From a virus: a stretch of 64,000 nucleotides of DNA. The translations under genes were made by a program, and so were the position numbers. Positions 55,101-62,639 of the stretch are shown one piece after another. How positions within the stretch are numbered: position 1 is the first letter of the stretch; every line of letters begins with the position of its first letter. Where the stretch lies: the IMG/VR virus record IMGVR_UViG_3300006097_000019, positions 1 to 64,000 of that record; one strand, given 5' to 3'. The notes beneath the pieces are model-generated. The model saw only the letters and a program-made list of their open reading frames with translations. It was not told the DNA's origin and ran no database searches.

Positions 55101-56011
55101 CCAGTTGAAACTTTCTCCATATTCCTTAAAACTTCATAACCACCAGTAAGAATACCACTTAATTCTTCTAAGGAAGTACCAGTTTGAGATAAAGTACCAG
55201 ACGCTCTTTGTAAACCTTCTGCTAATTTGACTGTATTGACTGCATAATTATTTGAAACCTCATTGAGAAGATTCACAATATGTACAGAATCTTCAGCAAC
55301 CAAATTATATCCTTTCATTACAGCTATTAAATATCCAGCAGATTCAGCAGTATTATCTAATCCATCTGCGACATTTGTTAACAATAATGCTTGTTCGGAT
55401 AATTTTGCCGAATCTGCAATATTCCAGCCAGCCCTGAGAAATTCTGCGGACGCATCTATAACATCTTTTCCAGTTCTACCAATTTGTTTACCTGCGTTAT
55501 AAGCACTATCTGTAAAATCGTCTAATTCTTTAGATGTTAAATCTGAAACTTTTCTTAATTCGGTAAGTGAGGAGTCTAATTGTATTATTGAATCTACGCC
55601 TGTTTTAATACTATTTATTACTCCTACTATTGCACCGCCCAATAGATACCACTGAGTAAATTTAGAAGCTGATGATAATAAAGATTGACCAAAAATATCT
55701 ACAGATTTTGTTGTGTCTTTTATTGCATTATCAACATCTTTAATTGGTTTAACAGTCTTCTGTGTTTGTGTATTTGTTTTTTGAACTTTTTTGCTAACAT
55801 CACTTAATACATTACCATATTTATCATAGATAACTGCCGAACTATTTACACTATTATTAACATTATTTATACTTTTAGCAACCTTAGCCATGTTTAAATT
55901 AAGGTTAATATTGCTTACACCTTGCATTTTTCTTATCCAATTCCTTAATTCTGTTTCTGCTATCTTAAAGTTGTACTTAATAGGTAAATTGATACTTAAA
56001 TCTTTTGCCAC
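52130..56011 (-). CDS. tail tape measure protein
   Basis: 1293 aa. The N-terminal third looks like the TP901-type TMP core (..TELRKVSDLT..AGKQIGRTG..), followed by hydrophobic segments and a long coiled-coil. GTG start. Confidence 0.85.
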   Translation of the reverse strand: MAKDLSINLPIKYNFKIAETELRNWIRKMQGVSNINLNLNMAKVAKSINNVNNSVNSSAVIYDKYGNVLSDVSKKVQKTNTQTQKTVKPIKDVDNAIKDTTKSVDIFGQSLLSSASKFTQWYLLGGAIVGVINSIKTGVDSIIQLDSSLTELRKVSDLTSKELDDFTDSAYNAGKQIGRTGKDVIDASAEFLRAGWNIADSAKLSEQALLLTNVADGLDNTAESAGYLIAVMKGYNLVAEDSVHIVNLLNEVSNNYAVNTVKLAEGLQRASGTLSQTGTSLEELSGILTGGYEVLRNMEKVSTGLITISSRLRGISENGEEIDGLMPKLQRSFKEFAGIDIQTKNGELRSTYDILQDLARVWSTLNDEERAKIGELTSGIRQAPVLNAILMNWQSVEGAIESATNSANSALIENEKYLDSIAGKISLLTSSIQLFWKNAINSDFIKNFIDRLTSFVEFLDILINKTNYLQIAMAGLSSVLAIKLVTSLQAVNFQITAMTGGLNILLALLATATIGYTAYASSIQSTNSKIEDFNKNTETSLRKMQTQKEKTVELDRELENLKNEYGENSVAQNDLLDVQNKLIDINPSIISSINDQELAYGNLKNAIIETMNKQKENLELFIQTEKSKGKFNIQNLESQRKKLQEEIDYYNEVLNRGYSKAFRINGKEYGMRMDLNDADREKYVNKLSEKLAEQAIVNSQLRETKEVLAFLEKKPDSPYTPIDSNRTGTRPSDVISSTTSTGLGSSDAGNPYQSRLEQFFNTLQLLSEKEAELISIQKQRVLATEQERLPLINKEIELQNDLIKLNEDLLTQQKDARQGIADQLGAYSNVVKVSDDLETLSVNTDTYNKLTDKQKENLDELISSFTNLNKSIISSENSIYDAEIAIKNLNNEVQKINEDWEKKVNELADKVIEIYKNVYKEQKEAKLNALDDEINAEERRHQRVVDNLQDELDEYEDYINKKQKLLDREANKEDYNEQLSDLQQERAEIQDEINVLSLDNSIEARARLFELNKQLTEKEEEIERLKTDRSRELRRDNLQDQLDEYREDIEAKQESEDKKYQKTKNRLEQERQSIITHYDNLINNERMYTTIREEIINGHLENVLSDFDGFVNGVDSKLQNVSQSIKNNLIDSIRSVKTELNSLSSYASFNTGKYSYKDSYGNTRNTNANTGGDLYYSDGRDAELIEKQREMLKDLGYYHGGGEVGGVSFNSKTEEIAKLLKGELVLNEKQLLNVPTSISNIIKSIIPKQPVLAGANGDIYNMNFVFDNFRGTRRDQENVFTFISNKMKSVGKK

Positions 56012-56046
56012 ACAATCTCACCCACTTTCATAAAAAAAGAACCCCA

Positions 56047-56433
56047 TCACTGGAGTCCTAATAATGATTTATACTGTTTATGTTTTTCTTGAAACTGTAA
56101 TTCAAATTCTCTTGCTTTATCTTTGAAGTTTTCATTATAAGCAGTTGTATATTGTGCTAAATATCTTAAAGTATCCCTTAAAGCTTCTGCTATAAATTTT
56201 TCTTTATCAGTATTATTTTCTGTTGTTTCAATAGGAGATAAATTTACTACTTCTCTTTTTTCATCTGTGAAAGTAAAATATTTAGTTTCGTATATTTTTT
56301 CTATTTCATTATTAACTTCAATAGCTTTATTATAAAATTCTTTACTTATATCTTCAGGTATTTGTTTATCTTTCGTACCACATCCAACCAACAATAGCAT
56401 AAAGCATAAAATAATAATCATACTTTTCCTCAT
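56047..56433 (-). CDS. lipoprotein
   Basis: MRKSMIIILCFMLLLVGCG with lipobox LVGC. Confidence 0.7.
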   Translation of the reverse strand: MRKSMIIILCFMLLLVGCGTKDKQIPEDISKEFYNKAIEVNNEIEKIYETKYFTFTDEKREVVNLSPIETTENNTDKEKFIAEALRDTLRYLAQYTTAYNENFKDKAREFELQFQEKHKQYKSLLGLQ

Positions 56434-56505
56434 ATACTAATCCTCCCAAAGAGTGTATTATAATTATATTATACACAAAACGAAGGATTGGTATACTTTA
56501 AATTA

Positions 56506-57852
56506 TTATTTAACTTTATTAAAATTTATTTTACATTCATTATTACAAAAATGTTTTTTAAATTTTTTAACTTGAAAAGGTTTTAATAATAATTCTTCTC
56601 CACAATAACAACAATTATTTTTAATCCTCTGTTTTTTCTTATATTCATGCATACAATCACAGCCACAAAAATGATGATTATTTTTATTATAACGAGAAAT
56701 CAATTGTTCGGTACTTTTTCCACAATTTTCACAATTAAAAGTTATCCATTTGTCTTTTTGTTTTTTGCTGATTTTTTCTTTCAGTTTTATATTTATAATT
56801 TTATTTAAATTTTTACTTGACCAATCCATATAAGGTTTGATTAAAAATTTTTTTAAAAATAAATCTTCATTATCTAAATAATAGTTAAAAGAATGATAAT
56901 TATCTAATAATCCTTTTTTATTAATATATAACAATATCAATTTCTCACATAAATCAATATTGTTCAAAATATCTTCTTCCCATAGATACAAAATATTAAT
57001 ATTATAATTATTTTTAATATAAGACTGTTTCGCTTTATCTTGTATTATTCTTTTATGTTGCATTTCATATAATATTTCATCATAAAGCCTATTATCTGTA
57101 TGACAATAAGTACCCATACACTCAATCATTAAATTATAATTAATTAAGTAATTATCTATTGAAAAGTATTTGCAGTTATATTCATTTTTATATTTTATAC
57201 TCATATTATCTAAGAGTTTATTAATTTTTATTTGAATTTCTGTTTCGGAATTTTTAATAAGTCCATCTTCTAAAATTTTTACTGCTCTTATCTTAGATTC
57301 CTCTTTCCATTCATCTTGCTGTGACCATTCTTTTGCATACCAATCTTGCCTACACTTATTAGAACAAAAATGCTTTTGATTTAATTTTAATTTGTAAGGC
57401 TTTGCATAAAACTCTTTTTTACACCATTCACAATTAATTATTTTTGATGAAAAATTATGATGATTTTCTCCATTTTTATTTTCACTTTCCCATTTATTTC
57501 TACATTTCATAGAACAATACTTACTATTATATTTTTTATCGTGACTTCTTTTAACTGAATATTCATTACCACAATAGATGCAAGTTTTGATAATTGTAGA
57601 CTTTTTAGACAATTCTTCTTTTAATCCTTTGTGATATTTGTAAGAACACTCTTTAGAACAAGTTGATTTCTTATTAAATTGACTTGGAGTTACTTTAAAT
57701 TTTTTACTACATATTTTACACTGTTTTTCAATTTTATTTTCTCTGAATTTATTATGACATTCTTTTGAATAAAAATGATTTTTACTTCTTTCAATTAAGT
57801 AATTTGATTTATTTATTTCTTTTCCGCAACTATCACATTTAACAATTGGCAT
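56506..57852 (-). CDS. free-standing homing-endonuclease-like protein (repeated zinc-ribbon modules plus Vsr-like domain)
   Basis: At least 6 modules of the type CxxCxKxF...K..C(S)xxC. The central LMIECMGTYCH ... ILYLWEEDI is paralogous to the intron ORF 12178-12957 ([10 protein letters not shown] ... ILRFWEAEI). Confidence 0.55.
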   Translation of the reverse strand: MPIVKCDSCGKEINKSNYLIERSKNHFYSKECHNKFRENKIEKQCKICSKKFKVTPSQFNKKSTCSKECSYKYHKGLKEELSKKSTIIKTCIYCGNEYSVKRSHDKKYNSKYCSMKCRNKWESENKNGENHHNFSSKIINCEWCKKEFYAKPYKLKLNQKHFCSNKCRQDWYAKEWSQQDEWKEESKIRAVKILEDGLIKNSETEIQIKINKLLDNMSIKYKNEYNCKYFSIDNYLINYNLMIECMGTYCHTDNRLYDEILYEMQHKRIIQDKAKQSYIKNNYNINILYLWEEDILNNIDLCEKLILLYINKKGLLDNYHSFNYYLDNEDLFLKKFLIKPYMDWSSKNLNKIINIKLKEKISKKQKDKWITFNCENCGKSTEQLISRYNKNNHHFCGCDCMHEYKKKQRIKNNCCYCGEELLLKPFQVKKFKKHFCNNECKINFNKVK

Positions 57853-57865
57853 TCATAACCACTCC

Positions 57866-57886
57866 TAAGTATTATTTTTATATTAA
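57866..57886 (-). promoter_or_regulatory. recurrent intergenic motif (minus strand)
   Basis: Reverse complement reads ttaatataaaaataatactta, abutting the SD of the 57852 ORF. Confidence 0.5.
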
Positions 57887-57994
57887 ACCACTCCAAATAA
57901 ATTAAAAAAGCAGGGGAGGAGTGGTATCCCCTACTTAACCAAAGTTGATCAGACTTTGGTATATTTATATTGTATTACAAATATATACAAATGT

Positions 57995-58015
57995 AAAGTA
58001 TTATTTTATGTTTAA
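57995..58015 (-). promoter_or_regulatory. recurrent intergenic motif (minus strand)
   Basis: Reverse complement reads ttaaacataaaataatacttt. Confidence 0.45.
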
Positions 58016-58154
58016 CTCCATAATAAAATCCCACTTTTATAACAGTCAAGTATCAAAATATTCCAACGAATTATATATTAAATAAAATATAAAAAAACCA
58101 AACAAATGTTTGGTTAAGACTAGTAGTTTATAAAATAAGTGTGGTATAATAATT

Positions 58155-58493
58155 TTAGAAAAATTTTCTACGAGAAATTAATCCTTCTAAAAAGATACAT
58201 ATTAGTTTTATCTCTTCTTCGGTCAACTCATCTAATCGTTCCAATAAATCATATATAAGAGGAGATACTTTTAAATCATTTTCAGGATTTTTATAATCAC
58301 TTAGTCCAAGAATATAGTCAGCAGATACATTAAATTTATTACAAAGCATGATTAATTTTTCAAACTTAGGTTGCCTAATTCCACTTTCATATTGATAGAT
58401 ACTATTTGCTGAAACTAAACCTAAATATCTAGCTAACTCTTCAGGAGAAATATTATTTTCAATTCTTAATTTTTTCAATCTTTCTGGAAACAT
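58155..58493 (-). CDS. XRE-family HTH transcriptional regulator (CI-like)
   Basis: LKKLRIENNISPEELARYLGLVSANSIYQYESGIRQPKFEKLIMLCNKFNVSADYILGL. Confidence 0.85.
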   Translation of the reverse strand: MFPERLKKLRIENNISPEELARYLGLVSANSIYQYESGIRQPKFEKLIMLCNKFNVSADYILGLSDYKNPENDLKVSPLIYDLLERLDELTEEEIKLICIFLEGLISRRKFF

Positions 58494-58549
58494 AAATATT
58501 TCCCCCTAGCAAACAAAATGAAAAAAATATTAAAAAATATAAACAAATT

Positions 58550-58578
58550 GTTGACATTTAACCATAAATTTCATATTA
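58550..58578 (+). promoter_or_regulatory. sigma70-type promoter
   Basis: TTGACA (58550-58555), 17-nt spacer, TATTAT (58573-58578). Confidence 0.55.
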
Positions 58579-58606
58579 TACTATTAGATACTAAATAATA
58601 ATAGTA
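58577..58606. promoter_or_regulatory. operator-like inverted repeat
   Basis: atactatta (58577-58585) / taatagtat (58598-58606) overlaps the -10. The half-site ACTATTAG recurs at 58654-58661 and 59173-59180. Confidence 0.5.
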
Positions 58607-58676
58607 TATACAGTTAACTTAAATAATATACCACTAGTAGTAAAAAAAATAACACTATTAGTTGCAAATAAAAATA

Positions 58677-58700
58677 ATTACTAACATAAAAATTAGTAAT
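58677..58700. promoter_or_regulatory. operator-like inverted repeat
   Basis: attactaa (58677-58684) / ttagtaat (58693-58700), abutting the -35 of the next promoter. Confidence 0.45.
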
Positions 58701-58702
58701 CA

Positions 58703-58731
58703 TTGACATAAGGACAAACATAACTTATAAT
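58703..58731 (+). promoter_or_regulatory. consensus sigma70 promoter
   Basis: TTGACA (58703-58708), 17-nt spacer, TATAAT (58726-58731). Confidence 0.7.
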
Positions 58732-58822
58732 TTAATAGAATTGCCATAATATTCTCTAAAAGGATGGATGGATACATAAATGATATGGCAACCTAACAAT
58801 TTAAAAAGGGAGGAAGACAATA

Positions 58823-59032
58823 TTGAAGCCTTTACCGAATATTAATTTACCAGAAGGTACAATCCTAACTATTTGGGAGATAGATAGGATGACCGAAAAA
58901 GAAATAATTTTCAAAGAGTGTATCGGTTTTTACACAAAAGATGAAATTCATAATCTTCCAAAAGAATTTCCAGACAACACATATTTTAGAATATCTAATG
59001 AAGAAGACTTAAAACTAACAGGTTGGTTTTAA
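58823..59032 (+). CDS. hypothetical protein (divergent from the XRE regulator)
   Basis: 69 aa, TTG start after gggagg SD, followed by a strong terminator. Confidence 0.5.
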   Translation: MKPLPNINLPEGTILTIWEIDRMTEKEIIFKECIGFYTKDEIHNLPKEFPDNTYFRISNEEDLKLTGWF

Positions 59033-59037
59033 ATCTT

Positions 59038-59068
59038 AGACTGGTTTGCAGACCAGTCTTTTTTTTTA
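59038..59068 (+). terminator. Rho-independent terminator
   Basis: agactggt (59038-59045) / accagtct (59052-59059) followed by a run of 9 T. Confidence 0.8.
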
Positions 59069-59320
59069 TAAACACGTTTCCTAGTGTGTCGAAGGTTCAC
59101 ACTTGATTATTGTAACATTTTGAAATAAATTTGTAAACATATTTACAAATAGTAAATATTCGTTTACGAAATTACTATTAGACAAAAGTTTCAAAAATCC
59201 TTTTTTTTATTTGAAAAAATTTCGGTTTTATTTTTAATATATTCAGTTTTGTCTGAAAAGTGTACGGTTTTTATATAAAAACTGTATTTGATTTATTATA
59301 TATACTATATTAAAATATTT

Positions 59321-59377
59321 CAAACAAAAAAAGAGATATGTAAAAGAAGGGGAGAGTGCCTTACCGCACACATCTCT
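59321..59377 (-). terminator. terminator downstream of the tyrosine recombinase gene
   Basis: Imperfect stem agagatatgt / acacatctct (59332-59377) followed on the minus strand by TTTTTTGTTTG. Confidence 0.5.
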
Positions 59378-59382
59378 TAAAA

Positions 59383-60351
59383 TTAAATTTCAAATTTTGC
59401 TTTTTCATCTTGAATTTTCTTTATATCTTGTTTAATATAATGATCTTTAGTTACATCAGTTCCTTTGTGATTTAATAAATGTGAAACAGTTTCCAATGGC
59501 ATTCCTTTGTTATACAAAATGCTACTACCTGAATGTCTTAAATCATGGCAATGTAGTTCAGGAATATTAATTAAATTACCAATTTTTTTAATCCAAGTGG
59601 ATTGCATTGCTGATTTGTCTGCTTTTCTCCATTCGCCCTTATGTTTAGTAATAAATAGATATTCACAATCTATATTCGTTTCTTCTCTATATTTAATCCA
59701 TTTATTTATTAATTCAAAACAACGTGGAGATGGGAAAAGGGTTACAGAATAACCTTCTTTTTCTAACACATCTTCTATACAATTATTTTCAAAATTAATT
59801 TGTTTTATTTTAACATTGCTTATTGCATTAACTCTTGCCATAGTAGATAACCCAAATTCAAACCACAATTCTAATTGTAAATTGTCTAATTCTTTTAAAC
59901 CTTTTCTAATTTTATCTATCTGTTCTTCTGATAAAAATGTTTGTTTAATTACTAGTTTTTCACCTTTGCCAACTTTAGGTCTATCTAAGAAATCAACTGG
60001 GTTTTCTTTTATTCTCCGTTTCTTTCTTAAAAATAAATAAAAAGAAGATATACTAGACATTCTTCTTTGAATACGTCTTTCATTATTTTCTAAAACACTA
60101 GTACAAAAAGCTATAAAGTCCTCAATCATATCAACAGCATCATCTGTTTCAAAATCTAATAAATATCTATTATTATAATTTTCCATTATATATACTAACC
60201 ATTGATTGTAGTCGCTCTCATAGCTTTTTTTACTTGCTTCAGATAAATTCATATTTTTAAAAACAAAATATTTTCTAATTAACTCTTTGTTTTCAATATT
60301 TATCTTTTCTACTTTATCAGTAGTAGCATATTGATTATATTTTCTACCCAA
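59383..60351 (-). CDS. tyrosine recombinase / integrase
   Basis: C-terminal catalytic signature CHDLRHSGSSILY ... LLNHKGTDVTKDHYIK (HxxR, H, Y) and an N-terminal SAM-like domain. Confidence 0.85.
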   Translation of the reverse strand: MGRKYNQYATTDKVEKINIENKELIRKYFVFKNMNLSEASKKSYESDYNQWLVYIMENYNNRYLLDFETDDAVDMIEDFIAFCTSVLENNERRIQRRMSSISSFYLFLRKKRRIKENPVDFLDRPKVGKGEKLVIKQTFLSEEQIDKIRKGLKELDNLQLELWFEFGLSTMARVNAISNVKIKQINFENNCIEDVLEKEGYSVTLFPSPRCFELINKWIKYREETNIDCEYLFITKHKGEWRKADKSAMQSTWIKKIGNLINIPELHCHDLRHSGSSILYNKGMPLETVSHLLNHKGTDVTKDHYIKQDIKKIQDEKAKFEI

Positions 60352-60399
60352 TAAATTTCACCACCTTATAAAATCAAATTTTTATCATATATAAAAATA

Positions 60400-60442
60400 C
60401 ATAAAAAAAATAGGAGTCTTAGATATTGTCGACTTATATCTA
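60400..60442 (-). terminator. terminator downstream of the 60449 ORF
   Basis: Stem ttagatat (60418-60425) / atatctaa (60435-60442); a T-run lies 7 nt after the stem on the minus strand. Confidence 0.45.
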
Positions 60443-60448
60443 AAACCC

Positions 60449-60895
60449 CTAGTACGTTTTAATGCCACGTTTACGTAATGCTGTTTTTAATAGATTTATA
60501 TGTAGACTTTTATCTGCAATTTCATTTTCCGTTGCTTCAATATAATTTCTTGGTTGATGAGAGTAGAGGGGAGAGTTAGTTCCAAACAAAATCCAATTTG
60601 GGATATTTTCTCCTTGAGGAGTGCCATCAACCCAACTCGTATGTCCTGTAATTAAATTAATATCATTAAATATATTTAATTCAATATAATCTTTTCCTTT
60701 ACTATTAACTTTACCAATAATGCTTTCTCTAAGTTGGTAAGTTCTTTCGTAAGAATTAGGATTCACAACATTATAAACAATTTTATCAACATTATCTTTA
60801 GTTTTATTAACCAATTTAGGAACAACTTCTTCTTTTAAACTCTCATTTACTTTTTGTCTAATAAGTTGCTCTAATTCTGCAAAGGAATTTGCCAT
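60449..60895 (-). CDS. HK97-gp10-like tail/neck component
   Basis: 148 aa; the N-terminal FAELEQLIRQKVNESLKEEVVPKLVNKTKDNV layout resembles the gp10-like family. Confidence 0.35.
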   Translation of the reverse strand: MANSFAELEQLIRQKVNESLKEEVVPKLVNKTKDNVDKIVYNVVNPNSYERTYQLRESIIGKVNSKGKDYIELNIFNDINLITGHTSWVDGTPQGENIPNWILFGTNSPLYSHQPRNYIEATENEIADKSLHINLLKTALRKRGIKTY

Positions 60896-60901
60896 ATATC
60901 A

Positions 60902-61369
60902 TCATTCCTTATTGTATTTCTTTTTTAATTCTTCTGCTTTTTTGAGTAATTCTAATTCTTCTTCGGTTGGTTGTTCTTCAATTTTCATATTTTTAATAAA
61001 TAATTCTCTTTGTTCGGGATTCATTTTATTTAGCATATCTATATTTTTCACAATTCTGTTAAAGAAGTTAGTTGTCATACTTGCAATTTCATCAAAAACT
61101 TCTTCTAATATATCAGAAGGTGAGTTTAATACTTCTTCAATAACTTCTTCATCTAAACCATTCAAATCTATATTTGTAAGTAAAGGTAAAACTTCTAATA
61201 AAACTTGTTTACCATTGATTTCAATTTCATTATTATCTTTAATATTATTTTCCATTATTTTTAATAAAACATTTCTTTTTTCATTATCTAAATTATATAT
61301 TTCAACACCATTATCATATTTTTTTCTAATTGGATTAAATTTTAAAACCTCTAATGATACTTTATTCAT
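60902..61369 (-). CDS. acidic protein, possible tail assembly chaperone
   Basis: 155 aa, very acidic, downstream of the putative major tail protein. Confidence 0.3.
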   Translation of the reverse strand: MNKVSLEVLKFNPIRKKYDNGVEIYNLDNEKRNVLLKIMENNIKDNNEIEINGKQVLLEVLPLLTNIDLNGLDEEVIEEVLNSPSDILEEVFDEIASMTTNFFNRIVKNIDMLNKMNPEQRELFIKNMKIEEQPTEEELELLKKAEELKKKYNKE

Positions 61370-61404
61370 AAATTAAATCTCCTTTCATCCCTTTAAAAAT
61401 ATTA

Positions 61405-61536
61405 TTAAATACTAAAATCATCTAAATATTTCTTTGCATATTTAAATGGATTTTTGTGTTTCTTTATTCCTTCTAAAAATGCACCAATATAAAGCAATAT
61501 AATTGCAATTATCGATTTTATTTTAGCAATAAACAT
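61405..61536 (-). CDS. small membrane peptide (43 aa)
   Basis: MFIAKIKSIIAIILLYIGAFL; read by eye. Confidence 0.25.
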   Translation of the reverse strand: MFIAKIKSIIAIILLYIGAFLEGIKKHKNPFKYAKKYLDDFSI

Positions 61537-61572
61537 AAAATCACTTACTTTCTTAAAAAATAAAAGAGGGGT

Positions 61573-61785
61573 TTATTCTAACCCCTCATCAACTATTTCT
61601 CTTATGTTTTCTTGTTTTCTTACTTTTCTCTTGGATTTTTCTAAATCCTTAAAACTATCACCATCAATAGGAGTAAATAAAATTTTAATCATCTTCATAT
61701 CTAATTCCTTTTGCAAATCTTCTAATTCATATATTCTTTTAATATTATAATTACTCGCAGCAGGATGAGTATATTTTAATTTCAT
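61573..61785 (-). CDS. hypothetical protein
   Basis: 70-aa ORF downstream of the major tail gene. Confidence 0.4.
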   Translation of the reverse strand: MKLKYTHPAASNYNIKRIYELEDLQKELDMKMIKILFTPIDGDSFKDLEKSKRKVRKQENIREIVDEGLE

Positions 61786-61797
61786 TCAATCACAACC

Positions 61798-62595
61798 TTA
61801 TATTGCTTCATCCTGAAGTTTCACGATGTCTATATATTCTCTTTCATTAGAAGAGTTAAGAATAGTATAACAATCAGTAGTAAAATCTAATTCTGTAGCA
61901 GAATCACTTGCCATTGTTATTTCAAAACTTGGCTGAACTTTAGCTTTATGAACCTTAAATGTTACAGGAACTCTTAATCCATCTTGATCATCGTCAACTA
62001 AACCTCTACCTCTAATAGTTATAAATCCAGGAAAATCACTTGCAGTTATTTTAATATTTTGTGCATTAGCACCAGAAGTGTAATTATAAGATACAAATAC
62101 TTTGGTACCCTCGGGAGCAGATGTAGCGTTTAAAGTAATAATGTTTCCTGAAATGCTATACTCATTTACATTTAAAGCAGGGTCACCTGCCACTTGCTCT
62201 GTAGACAAATCTCTTTCATCTGTTACAAGATAAACTTTTAAAGTTCCAACTAATGGAGTTTGAGATAATGTTATAGTGTTAGTCGCACTTGTAGTTAATG
62301 TTTCATCCATAGGAACAGTAGTAGCACCAGTTGTTATATCTTTGCCTATTTTTACTGCTAATGCTTTAATATCAACTATAGGCAACATTGAAGCAAAAGT
62401 ACAATCCTTAGTATGATCTAAATCAAGGATTTTGTAATTTCCCTGACCCCCTCTGATTGGTAATCTTTCAGCAGTTGTGTTTACACTAGATTGACTAGCA
62501 TAATCAACTGTAAATAGGACATCACCACGACCGGTAGAAGAATACTTTTCTACAGTGAAATCCAAAACTTCTTTAATCGCAAATGTATTACTCAA
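61798..62595 (-). CDS. putative major tail (tube) protein
   Basis: 265 aa, Thr/Ser/Val-rich beta-type composition, placed upstream of the chaperone-like and tape measure genes. Confidence 0.45.
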   Translation of the reverse strand: MSNTFAIKEVLDFTVEKYSSTGRGDVLFTVDYASQSSVNTTAERLPIRGGQGNYKILDLDHTKDCTFASMLPIVDIKALAVKIGKDITTGATTVPMDETLTTSATNTITLSQTPLVGTLKVYLVTDERDLSTEQVAGDPALNVNEYSISGNIITLNATSAPEGTKVFVSYNYTSGANAQNIKITASDFPGFITIRGRGLVDDDQDGLRVPVTFKVHKAKVQPSFEITMASDSATELDFTTDCYTILNSSNEREYIDIVKLQDEAI

Positions 62596-62639
62596 TTAAA
62601 TTCACTCCTTTATAAAATTAGAAATAAAAAAAAATAATT

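Noticed and set aside
43113-55502. Plus-strand ORFs within the late region (43113-43304, 47270-47476, 49106-49333, 49367-49801, 53730-54041, 53824-54021, 55263-55502)
   Set aside because: All are embedded antisense in long minus-strand genes with clear identities (amidase, tail fibre, Tal, tape measure).
59507-61376. Plus-strand ORFs 59507-59752, 59816-60040 and 60912-61376
   Set aside because: They are antisense to the tyrosine recombinase and to the acidic minus-strand ORF. The 154-aa plus-strand frame is Ser/Phe/Leu low-complexity, the mirror of a K/E-rich gene.
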